From positions 64,001 through 128,000 of the IMG/VR virus record IMGVR_UViG_3300048074_000120: a DNA stretch of 64,000 nucleotides; one strand, given 5' to 3'. A program made the translations under genes and the position numbers. The notes below the pieces were generated by a model that searched no databases, was not told the DNA's origin, and saw only the letters and a list, made by a program, of their open reading frames with translations. Positions 33,266-42,016 of the stretch are shown one piece after another. Source of the DNA: a virus. The first letter of the stretch is position 1. Each line of letters begins with the position of its first letter.

Positions 33266-35367
33266 TGATCAGAACGAATGGCGTACCAACCAGTTGACGC
33301 CGGGGTTACTACGTACCTGAACTTGTAGTGCACGGTGATATACCCGGCACTAGGGCCACCAGGGACATACCCATCAGGAATTACATCGTCGTCTCCGCCG
33401 AATATGAAATCTCCAGGCCACGTCATGCTCAGTGTACCAAGGACGGTGCCTGCCGTAATAACGTAGTACAGGTCAAACTCGTCACCCGCCGCGGGGGCAT
33501 AACCGGTAGAAGTATCAATGCTGAAGGTAACAGGCGACGAGGTGCTTAGAGCTGCGCTCGTGTAAATTTGAACATGGTTACCGTGCGTATACGGATTCCA
33601 GCTAACGGTGCGACCACCTTCCCCGACCGAGAAGTTGTGTGACTTGTGCCCATTCAAATTGAATGACTGCCGCCCACCGTTGCAAGTGATACCACCGTCG
33701 CCATCGAGGACACCGCCCACGCTCCAAGACGCGCCGGCAAAACCGCCCCACGCCATGGCGCTGTGTAGATTGCCCGATGCCAGCGCGGCCCGATCAGTAA
33801 CCGCTGACAAGAAGATGGCACTCAAACTCGAGCGATTTGCCGAGAAAGGTGTCACCGCCGGAGAAGGCGCCAACACGGAGAAGTAAGGCAGGCCATTGGA
33901 CGTATCAATCTCGCGATAGCGCCCACCGAGCTGCATCGTCGGCTGAAGCCAGCGCAGACGCACGGGGGATGCAACGCCAGAAATCCCGATCTCAGGAAAA
34001 ACGCCCGTCACCGCACGCAAAATCATGCGGTTCGTCCCAACGGAGGTGTACATCCGATACGTGCCAAGAATCTGCCCGGTGGCGTTATCGGTCACCTCAA
34101 TCAAGTCGGTGTTACGGATTGACTGATTCCCTAGGCCATCGACGACAAAGTCACCAGCGGCCACCTGCACTGTGCACAGTGCGGTTAACGACGTCCCCGC
34201 ATCCGGGTTCAATGAGCCAACCGCCGTCGGAGTAATCTTGGTGGAAACCGAGCTACCACCAATGACTGAATCCCGTATCTCTCGAGGGGTGACGTCGAGC
34301 ACCAGAGGTCCAGATACGAAGTCGTAGGCGCCTTCGTCAGGATCACTTGTACTACGCCAAGGAGACTCTTGGTACAGGCCAACGTCGCCGCCGTAATTCT
34401 GGTTGTAGGCGCCATCCACATTCAGCCGAAGCGGCATTATGCGGTAACAGGCCAAGATGGGATCGGGGTAATACGTGCCCGAGCCAATTTTCCCTAGCGT
34501 GTCCAAGTGTGAGGCAGGAATTTGCGCACGCAGCGCAAGCCCATCTCGAGTGTAAAAGCCGCCTGCCCCTGGGGTATTGTAAGGCAGCGCCGACTCCGTA
34601 ACATCCAGGCGGTACGCCCCATTCAAACCACGCTGGGCCAATGCGGCAACAGAAGCCGGCCAAGCCGCATTCCATGCTAAACTAGCGCCGTGTAGGTACT
34701 TGAAGAGGTACTCGACTTCGGCCGATACCTCTTGCGCACCACGAATCTTGATCGTGGTGAAGGCATCCTGCGGAAGGTCAGCGAGGTTGCTGCGCTCACC
34801 GTAATAGACACGGTAAGTAACCCCAGCCGGGATTGGGACGTTGAAGTTGATCGTCGGCGTGTCGAAGAAGCCCGAGGCCTGCGTGCCAACCAGGTTCGTC
34901 GAACTGATGTTGTTGTTGACGATGGACGAGGCAACGATCTTCGTGCCAGAGGCATCCATCAGCTCGTTATCGTTGCTATCTAAAACGCTAATGAGCAGGT
35001 CACGATTGGCCTGTGTATTGGGGATGCCAAATGTCCCTACAAAGACCTGTCCCGTAATGACAACGCTCGAGACCGGACTTCCCGCCGTTACATCAGAGAT
35101 CCTGGCGCTGATCGCCAAATCCTTCCGCAGGATGTCGTCGATAAGGTCAGTGTTCTCAGCGAGGGCTTTGATGCCGCGGTTGGCAAAGTTGCTGGTAGCA
35201 TCCTCACCAAAGGCAACGGCGTACGTCCCGTCATTGGGGCCGCCTACCTTCTTGCCATCCATAAACGCGGGGGTACCAGTGCCTCCGCTGAGTGAAGGGG
35301 TGTTGAGGTAATCGAAGCCTGCAGGAAGGCCTCCAAAATACGTCGGTACGGACAAGCGGTGAAACAT
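33262..35367 (-). CDS. Tail fibre / baseplate-associated structural protein
   Basis: 701 aa, G/S/T/V-rich beta composition; N-terminal NRGIKALAEN motif; in the tail block. Confidence 0.65.
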   Translation of the reverse strand: MFHRLSVPTYFGGLPAGFDYLNTPSLSGGTGTPAFMDGKKVGGPNDGTYAVAFGEDATSNFANRGIKALAENTDLIDDILRKDLAISARISDVTAGSPVSSVVITGQVFVGTFGIPNTQANRDLLISVLDSNDNELMDASGTKIVASSIVNNNISSTNLVGTQASGFFDTPTINFNVPIPAGVTYRVYYGERSNLADLPQDAFTTIKIRGAQEVSAEVEYLFKYLHGASLAWNAAWPASVAALAQRGLNGAYRLDVTESALPYNTPGAGGFYTRDGLALRAQIPASHLDTLGKIGSGTYYPDPILACYRIMPLRLNVDGAYNQNYGGDVGLYQESPWRSTSDPDEGAYDFVSGPLVLDVTPREIRDSVIGGSSVSTKITPTAVGSLNPDAGTSLTALCTVQVAAGDFVVDGLGNQSIRNTDLIEVTDNATGQILGTYRMYTSVGTNRMILRAVTGVFPEIGISGVASPVRLRWLQPTMQLGGRYREIDTSNGLPYFSVLAPSPAVTPFSANRSSLSAIFLSAVTDRAALASGNLHSAMAWGGFAGASWSVGGVLDGDGGITCNGGRQSFNLNGHKSHNFSVGEGGRTVSWNPYTHGNHVQIYTSAALSTSSPVTFSIDTSTGYAPAAGDEFDLYYVITAGTVLGTLSMTWPGDFIFGGDDDVIPDGYVPGGPSAGYITVHYKFRYVVTPASTGWYAIRSDH

Positions 35368-35379
35368 CTGGCTAAATCC

Positions 35380-36057
35380 TCACGCGGCTACAGCCGCCAT
35401 CCTGTTGACAGTACGTAATCTATGGCAATTAGCACAAACCAAATCGCACTTTTGAATTTCCTGCAGTACAAAATCCCAAGAGTAACTCCAAAGGGATGCT
35501 ATGCTTTTGAATTTTGTACCTCTTACGTGATCAAAATCCATTGCCACAGATTCGAAACACTCTCCACAATCTAGGCATGGCATGGATTTCAGCTCGTTGA
35601 TCCTTGTCCTGAAGTCCAGCAATCTCTGATTGCTTGTAGATGCACGACGGGATTTTGTCCTAACACGATGACAGTTACAGCAAACGACCTCACAAAGAGC
35701 TATCTCAGCTGCAATTTTGTCAACGGAGTAATTTCTCATCTGTGAAATATTGGCCGATTTACCATTGTCCACATGATCGAATTCCATGCATGGCGCTGGA
35801 AACGAGTGATTACAATCGCTGCATGGGCACAGCTTCAATTCAGCCATTGACTCATTATGCCGCCGTTGCCTACTGGCATAATATTCAGGACTAAGAACTT
35901 GCGGCTTACGCCCCACCAACTTGTACCTAATACGTTTCCTTTTACGCACGCAGGCTCTGCACACTGCCTTACGACGTACAGGATGGTAGCGCCCATCAAG
36001 CTCGAATTCGGCTTCTTGCTTTAGAGCATTACAGCGAATACAGGTAAATTCAGCCAT
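35380..36057 (-). CDS. Free-standing HNH endonuclease with two tandem HNH repeats
   Basis: CSDC...MEFDHV...CEVVCCNCHRVRT and CLDC...MDFDHV...CDLVCANCHRLRT. N-terminal CxxC. Visibly AT-richer than its flanks. Confidence 0.88.
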   Translation of the reverse strand: MAEFTCIRCNALKQEAEFELDGRYHPVRRKAVCRACVRKRKRIRYKLVGRKPQVLSPEYYASRQRRHNESMAELKLCPCSDCNHSFPAPCMEFDHVDNGKSANISQMRNYSVDKIAAEIALCEVVCCNCHRVRTKSRRASTSNQRLLDFRTRINELKSMPCLDCGECFESVAMDFDHVRGTKFKSIASLWSYSWDFVLQEIQKCDLVCANCHRLRTVNRMAAVAA

Positions 36058-36061
36058 ATTA

Positions 36062-36691
36062 TCAAAATCGGATCGTCCATTCGCCTTCGAGCTCGAAAGC
36101 GCCAGTCTTTGATAGAGTATCGAAGGTATCGTAGGCGACTCCGGTGTTATTCGGAACACCAATAGGTATCGCCCTTGAGGTAAAGAGCATGATCTCGCTG
36201 AGCGGCACGGTGACAAAAGATGAATAGCTCACCTCAGTCTGCGAGAATACCCGCACAAAAGTCACCTCAGTCGGCGTGCTGTGGATCGGAGGAGCTTGAA
36301 CCGTCCCTAGCCACACATCGCTCGGTGAGTACGGGTCGGTAGGTCCCGTTGTACTCCCTGAGATGCGCACAGGGCGCTCGAGCCGCTGTACGTCAGGATC
36401 GATGTCCGTCTGAAGATTCGACCCCGGATAGGCCACCGACATAGGAGCGACGTTGGCAACGCCGGGGGCAACCTGCCGGCTACCACCTATCCCTAAGCCC
36501 ATGTACTTGATGCGATTGTCCTCCTGCGGAGCATCAGGGCCGTAGGAAGCAAGTGCGATCAGGTTCGCCAGATACTCCCTCCCTAAGTTCAGCCAAATGT
36601 TATGGCCCTCACGCCTGGCCATAATTTTCCCACGCTCGCGCACGGTGAGCTTGAGATTGCTCCGCACTTCGATGAGATCTACTAGCTTCAT
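36062..36691 (-). CDS. Probable baseplate/tail structural protein
   Basis: 210 aa; LERPVRISG, PLSEIMLFT, YDTFDTLSK; start placed at MKLVDL. Confidence 0.6.
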   Translation of the reverse strand: MKLVDLIEVRSNLKLTVRERGKIMARREGHNIWLNLGREYLANLIALASYGPDAPQEDNRIKYMGLGIGGSRQVAPGVANVAPMSVAYPGSNLQTDIDPDVQRLERPVRISGSTTGPTDPYSPSDVWLGTVQAPPIHSTPTEVTFVRVFSQTEVSYSSFVTVPLSEIMLFTSRAIPIGVPNNTGVAYDTFDTLSKTGAFELEGEWTIRF

Positions 36692-36719
36692 TGTACTTCC
36701 AGCAATTCTATCACGCGAT

Positions 36720-39700
36720 CTAGGCTGTTCGTTCAAAGTAGTAGCCACCCTCGGCTATACCGTTGTCAAAAGTAAAGGCAAGTGCCGGTGTCTGCGCAAG
36801 AACAACCTTTATGTACGGCCAATCCACGGTGACGGCGGCTCCAGTGGTTCGGCGCAGGCGCAGCGTCAGCACATCCCCTGCAGTTATCGCTATCGAAGGT
36901 GCGGGAGATGCCTTCTCAACCGATCCATCGAGACCAATGATGACACCAATCGTATCGACGTCGGTGCCATTGAGCACAACAACGTACTCGTAGTCACTCA
37001 CAGGGGTAGTCCCCTGAATCGTATGCTTCAGCATACTCAGGGTCCCAGACTCCTGCGCGGTGTAGCTCCCTGGCAGTGTATAGCCGCCGGGGCCGCTAGG
37101 AATTGACGTTACGCTGGTGTCCTCGAACAGGTAGCAGAGCCGATTGCTCGCATCAAAGGCAAACCCCTCGTCATACTGCACTACGCCACCCGGGTGGTTG
37201 ATGATCCACCAAAATACAACGATATCCTCAGGGCATAGATACATCTTGTCAAAGCCCCACGTAATGTTCGTGTCTGGCGTGGGAAAGACAGGGGGCGCCG
37301 TAGACTGGTCACTATCAGCGTCAAACTGATTACGAACACCATAGGCAGCTGGGCTATAGTCGTCGAAGATCTGAGACGCCCCAAAGTTGGGGAAACACAC
37401 GCCAGCATTCAACTTCAAAAAGCCTCTGGCAGTAAACGTGTCAACTACATTGACCTCCGCCACGTCCATGCTCTTTTGCACAACGAAGACGGGCCGTGTC
37501 CACGTGGGTTTGATGCGCAGAATGAAACTCATCACGAACATGAGCGAACTCAGGCTAAACACCGAGCTATTGACGCGCACCATGAACTTGTGAAACTTCT
37601 CTACCTCAAGGAAGTTCCCCTGTGACAAAAGACCCTGAAACCACCTGGGGTCCTTCACGTAGTCAAGCACCTCAGAACCCTCAACCATCGGGGATAGTTG
37701 CCGAACGATGTCACCCACAACATAGCGGGCCTTCGTCTCTGGATTGACCTCAAGCGAAAGCGCATTGGGATACGTATACGCACGCACGATAGCGGGATTA
37801 GCCACGTCCCGCAGCAGGAGCCTCCCCTGTACCGTAGAGAAGTCAGCACGTATCTCCTCGATAACCCCTTCCTCCTCGGCAAAAGGCAACCCCAACAAGA
37901 TCTGTACCCCCGCTCGCATGTTGAACAGAGTGGGGCCATTCAAGTAGGCGTACCAAAGCCCCTGCACCGCCGACAAATAGTCCAAATCGGCATCGAGCTC
38001 TTTGAGCTGATCCAAGGTGAACTCCGCAGGGATACCAAAGTTAGCCTCAACCGTGGGACGGTTGTCGAGGTACGTCGTCTCGGCCCACATCCTATCGGGA
38101 GGAACACGCCCCTCCCAAACATCGCCGAGGTCTCCCGTGAGCGCGCCTACCGCAAAGCGAATGGTGTTCTGGCCCCTAAATGTCTCAATGAAATAGTCGA
38201 CGTTACGTCGAAGAACAGCCCCGTCGTCTGGCTCCTTGATCTGCTCCTGAAGACAAGGCACATCCAAGACAAGAGGGCCCACCGGGATGTGCACCTTGCG
38301 CTTCACAAAGGCGAGCTGTGACGTCACCCCTGTCAATGACAGGTACTGATACACGTTAGTAAGGTCCACCGCCAACTTGTTGGCGTCCGCCGCGCAGGCA
38401 CCAAGCACGGGGGCAGCCATCAAGGTCAGCCCGCCCGCTGCAGTGTTGATCACTTCCAGCGTGGCGATGTCACCCACGTCCAAAAGGCCCGCGTAGAAGT
38501 TCAGCAACTTACTCGTGACGTAGGAAGGTATGATCCAGTCCGATCCTGGCAGAAGGGGTAGGTCGGACTCCACAATCACCCGCTGATACGGAAGAACATC
38601 CGTCGCGTCATCCACCACACGCAGAATTCGATACGCCACGCCGCCGATTACCAACAAATCGTAGGGCTTGATATCCAACCCCTGCAACGACTGCTCCACT
38701 AGGTAAGTACGAGGGGTCAGACGAGTTCCGCTTGTTCCTGCCGCGGGCAGGTTCATGGCACCCACCGCAAGGTAAGGGAAAGTCGTGGCCGGCCCAACTT
38801 GAAATAAAAACGGAGCTGTGATGCGCACGGACGAGCCGCTGCCAAACACAATGACGTTGTACCTACTATCGACCCACTGCAGCTTTCTCTTCAGGATGCC
38901 CTGTAGAACCTCCGCGGTATACGGATTGGCTAAGGGAAATTCAACGGTAATCGGGTCATGCACAGGTGAACGTATCTGCAAGGAGGTCCCCTGCACCGCT
39001 GTGAAGGCGCCCTCAGCGTCAATACTCCCGTACATCTGGCGCACCGAGGTGAGATCAGGGGCAGGCTCTGGGAGCTTCAAGTCATAATGCAGCCAACGCC
39101 GCTGAAACGTTCGTTGAATGTCACGCAGACTCTTTGAGTAGTCTGCCTGCCAAAGTGTGAGCAACTCCGAGGCAACAACCTGGGCCATCCCCTCCCAGAA
39201 CACTTGAATCCGCTCACGGTCATCAACGAGCTTCCAAAAGTCGCTCAAGTACTGCCACACAAACCCGAGGTCGGGCGTGCAACCCTTGGGGACTTGGCTT
39301 TCCAGCACGTTGGCAATCACATAGGCGGGGGCTCCCAAGTACTTTCCATTGAAAACAACAAGGTCGAACTTGTAGATACCAGGCACGTCTGGGAAGAAAG
39401 TGGGCTTAGCGGTTGTAGCCCCCGACAGGAACCTGTTGCGCAACAGCTTGAAGTGAACCGCGATCAGGTCGTCCTTCAACACGTTGTCGTTCAAACGAAT
39501 GTAGTAGCCAAGGCCATCTATTCCGGTCTCGCGCACGCTCGCAGGCGCCAAGTATGTAACGGGGCTCGTTCCAGGGGCGCTCGTTTGCATGCGCAAAACC
39601 AGCACGTCCCCCGTAACAACAGGGTCTATCGCTGCCGCATCCCCTAGCTCGCTCGAGTAGAACTTATCCGTATACCCGTTGGGGATCGGGGCTGAGACCG

Positions 39701-40634
39701 TAAAGCCGTCAGAACCTTCAACGGCAAATGAGCTGCCTACGGGCGCATCGGTGAGACGCCAGCTGTATGCAATAGAGCCCCCTTCCGGGTCATAGCTGCC
39801 CGTCCCATCGAGCTGCCCCAGCGAGCACATCCTAAGCGCCTGGTCTTTGCCTGCGTCAGAGACAGGAGGCGGCACCTGCAAGATGATGTCTGAGGAAAGG
39901 CACAGCGTAGAGAAACACACAGCGGACGGGTGCTTCTGTGTCCCCACCACGCTAATTGTAGTTCCATCAGGCGCTATCCCGCCGTTAGGGGTACCTGGAA
40001 GAATCGCAACCAGCGTTAGCGGCGTCAGGTAGTCGGTGGTGGACAACGGCTCCGCCATGAAAATGTACGTAGTAGACGTGACGCCATCGACGACAATCTG
40101 AAAGCGATAGAGCTTATTCGTCTCGATAGACCCAGCGGTGCCGGGGATTATTTGAAACGAGCCACCAAGATGAAGCAGCCCACCCTCTAATGAGATCGAA
40201 CCAGAGTAGGCTAGCCCAGCGGCAGAGACGAAAAGCCCAGCGGCAATGCCTGTCGAGTTCGTTGATCCAAAGTAGATGTGGGAGGCAACGACGTCCACAA
40301 AATCCGTTGGAAGCTCACCGAAGATGGCGTCCACCCTGAACGTCCAAGAAGGCGTAACTGCGTAATTGAGCCGCATGAAGGCGTTGGCATTCGTCGGCGC
40401 AACACCGTTACTGATGACGCACAGGTCATTCGATGGCGAGATGCTGAACTGATCTGGGTGGGTTACCTCAATTCTGGGGTCAACCAGAATGGTGTCCATC
40501 CTGCCCGGCTCGCAGTAGCAGTAGATGTCGTAGCCTTCTGGGCACAGCGCCGGAGATGGTGGTGCCTCGCTCGAAGGCAGCAAGAATCCACCCCAGGGCA
40601 GGCCTCCCCAGTTAGTACCCCAGCCGCCGCTCAT
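36720..40634 (-). CDS. Large baseplate wedge/tail protein with PKD-like domain
   Basis: PKD-like PVSDAGKDQ..LDGTGSYDPEG..YSW and PTFFPDVPGIYKFDLVV. Wedge-like C-terminal YLSAVQGLWYAYLNGPT. Confidence 0.65.
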   Translation of the reverse strand: MSGGWGTNWGGLPWGGFLLPSSEAPPSPALCPEGYDIYCYCEPGRMDTILVDPRIEVTHPDQFSISPSNDLCVISNGVAPTNANAFMRLNYAVTPSWTFRVDAIFGELPTDFVDVVASHIYFGSTNSTGIAAGLFVSAAGLAYSGSISLEGGLLHLGGSFQIIPGTAGSIETNKLYRFQIVVDGVTSTTYIFMAEPLSTTDYLTPLTLVAILPGTPNGGIAPDGTTISVVGTQKHPSAVCFSTLCLSSDIILQVPPPVSDAGKDQALRMCSLGQLDGTGSYDPEGGSIAYSWRLTDAPVGSSFAVEGSDGFTVSAPIPNGYTDKFYSSELGDAAAIDPVVTGDVLVLRMQTSAPGTSPVTYLAPASVRETGIDGLGYYIRLNDNVLKDDLIAVHFKLLRNRFLSGATTAKPTFFPDVPGIYKFDLVVFNGKYLGAPAYVIANVLESQVPKGCTPDLGFVWQYLSDFWKLVDDRERIQVFWEGMAQVVASELLTLWQADYSKSLRDIQRTFQRRWLHYDLKLPEPAPDLTSVRQMYGSIDAEGAFTAVQGTSLQIRSPVHDPITVEFPLANPYTAEVLQGILKRKLQWVDSRYNVIVFGSGSSVRITAPFLFQVGPATTFPYLAVGAMNLPAAGTSGTRLTPRTYLVEQSLQGLDIKPYDLLVIGGVAYRILRVVDDATDVLPYQRVIVESDLPLLPGSDWIIPSYVTSKLLNFYAGLLDVGDIATLEVINTAAGGLTLMAAPVLGACAADANKLAVDLTNVYQYLSLTGVTSQLAFVKRKVHIPVGPLVLDVPCLQEQIKEPDDGAVLRRNVDYFIETFRGQNTIRFAVGALTGDLGDVWEGRVPPDRMWAETTYLDNRPTVEANFGIPAEFTLDQLKELDADLDYLSAVQGLWYAYLNGPTLFNMRAGVQILLGLPFAEEEGVIEEIRADFSTVQGRLLLRDVANPAIVRAYTYPNALSLEVNPETKARYVVGDIVRQLSPMVEGSEVLDYVKDPRWFQGLLSQGNFLEVEKFHKFMVRVNSSVFSLSSLMFVMSFILRIKPTWTRPVFVVQKSMDVAEVNVVDTFTARGFLKLNAGVCFPNFGASQIFDDYSPAAYGVRNQFDADSDQSTAPPVFPTPDTNITWGFDKMYLCPEDIVVFWWIINHPGGVVQYDEGFAFDASNRLCYLFEDTSVTSIPSGPGGYTLPGSYTAQESGTLSMLKHTIQGTTPVSDYEYVVVLNGTDVDTIGVIIGLDGSVEKASPAPSIAITAGDVLTLRLRRTTGAAVTVDWPYIKVVLAQTPALAFTFDNGIAEGGYYFERTA

Positions 40635-40666
40635 GCTGCACCTTCCCTACTTGATTCAGACATCAG

Positions 40667-41581
40667 TTAGCTTCTCTTCGTAATGAAAAACTGAATCGTC
40701 GTGAGCCAGAATAAATCCAGCTCGGTTGGGGTGGAGCCTGACGGAACCCCCTGTAGGCCAATAAAATGGCCCGAGTGAGAACTGGCAATCACCTTGTGCG
40801 GAAACACCATGGGCCCCGCTCCATCCACGGGGGCAGGATCTGCTCCGCAGAACACAGACTCTCCCGTAGCTAGGTGGGTCAACACCCGCGCGCTATTCAA
40901 GCGAAACAAGCTCATCCTTTTGAGGTACCCGCAGTTGTTACCGTCGGCATTGTCAACAATCACGTCAAACTCTGCCCGGATGTAACACGGCGGGAGGTCT
41001 TCCACAGAGAACGTAGCAAGCCAAGTCGGCGTAGCCGTTGTAGTGTGCGTCTCAAACTGCCACAGCTTGCCCGTGTCGACGTTACGAATGAGCTGACCAA
41101 GAAAGCCATCGGTGTGCCCATCCCCTGCAAACCCAGTGAGCTGCCCACCGAAGTTGAACTCATTGGGCTTCGCCCCAGCTAGCCCCGTTCTGGGGTCTGG
41201 CAGAGGTAATGGAAAAACCTGTGAAGGAGGGACGATCATCCCGTTGAGCTCCTTCACGCAAAAGATTCGAATGTCCACATCAACCGGCGTACCTACGCGG
41301 TTAGGTACATCCCAAACTTTCAGAACCCACCGGTAACAGCCAGGGACGTCCGGCTCGAATGTCGTAGTGGGCGTCGTGTTGTTGTTGTTGAAGGCAAACT
41401 CGTCTTGCACTGAGTATGTGCTGTTGGCATCAACAGCCACTAGATCAATCTGCCAGGATTTGACGCCAGCGTTGTCGACGTTGAACAGCGTTACAACCTC
41501 GCCTGCAACTCCAATCAACGACTCCCCATCCCCACCAATAACTATTCCCTGCGAAAACTTGAGCAATGCGGTTGCAGACAT
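40667..41581 (-). CDS. Virion structural protein with PKD-like N-terminus
   Basis: PTTTFEPDVPGCYRWVLKV resembles the PKD segment of the neighbouring gene. Preceded by CTGGTACAAT 6 nt upstream of the ATG. Confidence 0.6.
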   Translation of the reverse strand: MSATALLKFSQGIVIGGDGESLIGVAGEVVTLFNVDNAGVKSWQIDLVAVDANSTYSVQDEFAFNNNNTTPTTTFEPDVPGCYRWVLKVWDVPNRVGTPVDVDIRIFCVKELNGMIVPPSQVFPLPLPDPRTGLAGAKPNEFNFGGQLTGFAGDGHTDGFLGQLIRNVDTGKLWQFETHTTTATPTWLATFSVEDLPPCYIRAEFDVIVDNADGNNCGYLKRMSLFRLNSARVLTHLATGESVFCGADPAPVDGAGPMVFPHKVIASSHSGHFIGLQGVPSGSTPTELDLFWLTTIQFFITKRS

Positions 41582-41662
41582 AATCCGATTGTACCAGGCT
41601 ACTGGAACACCGACCTAAAGGCCAGCGTTGCCGACTTGTACCAGGGCATTTACACTAGCAGT

Positions 41663-42016
41663 ATGGCAAACCATGGCATACCTCTTACCTTTCAAACACT
41701 AGATCCAGAGGTGGCCCTAAAAGCGATTGAAGGCATCCCAGACGTGCTGTCGCCCAAGAGCGAGAAAGCCGAAGCCCTTTATCGACAGCACAGAATGTGC
41801 CCCAACGGCTGCGGCCCTACCATGGAAAAATCGTTTGGGGGTACGGCGTTTGCCTTCTCCGATCCGAACTGGCTCGTTCCACGCTGCATCATGAAGTGCT
41901 ACAAGTGCGGCTGCTCCATCAACCCCTTCGATGGGATGCTAGTGGAAAAGGGAAATCCGGACATCGCACGCTACGGCGACATTCCCATCATCAACCCGAG
42001 CGGCGATTCACGTTGA
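41663..42016 (+). CDS. Small zinc-ribbon protein inserted antisense within the baseplate block
   Basis: CPNGCG...CYKCGC; TACACT 6 nt before the ATG. Confidence 0.65.
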   Translation: MANHGIPLTFQTLDPEVALKAIEGIPDVLSPKSEKAEALYRQHRMCPNGCGPTMEKSFGGTAFAFSDPNWLVPRCIMKCYKCGCSINPFDGMLVEKGNPDIARYGDIPIINPSGDSR

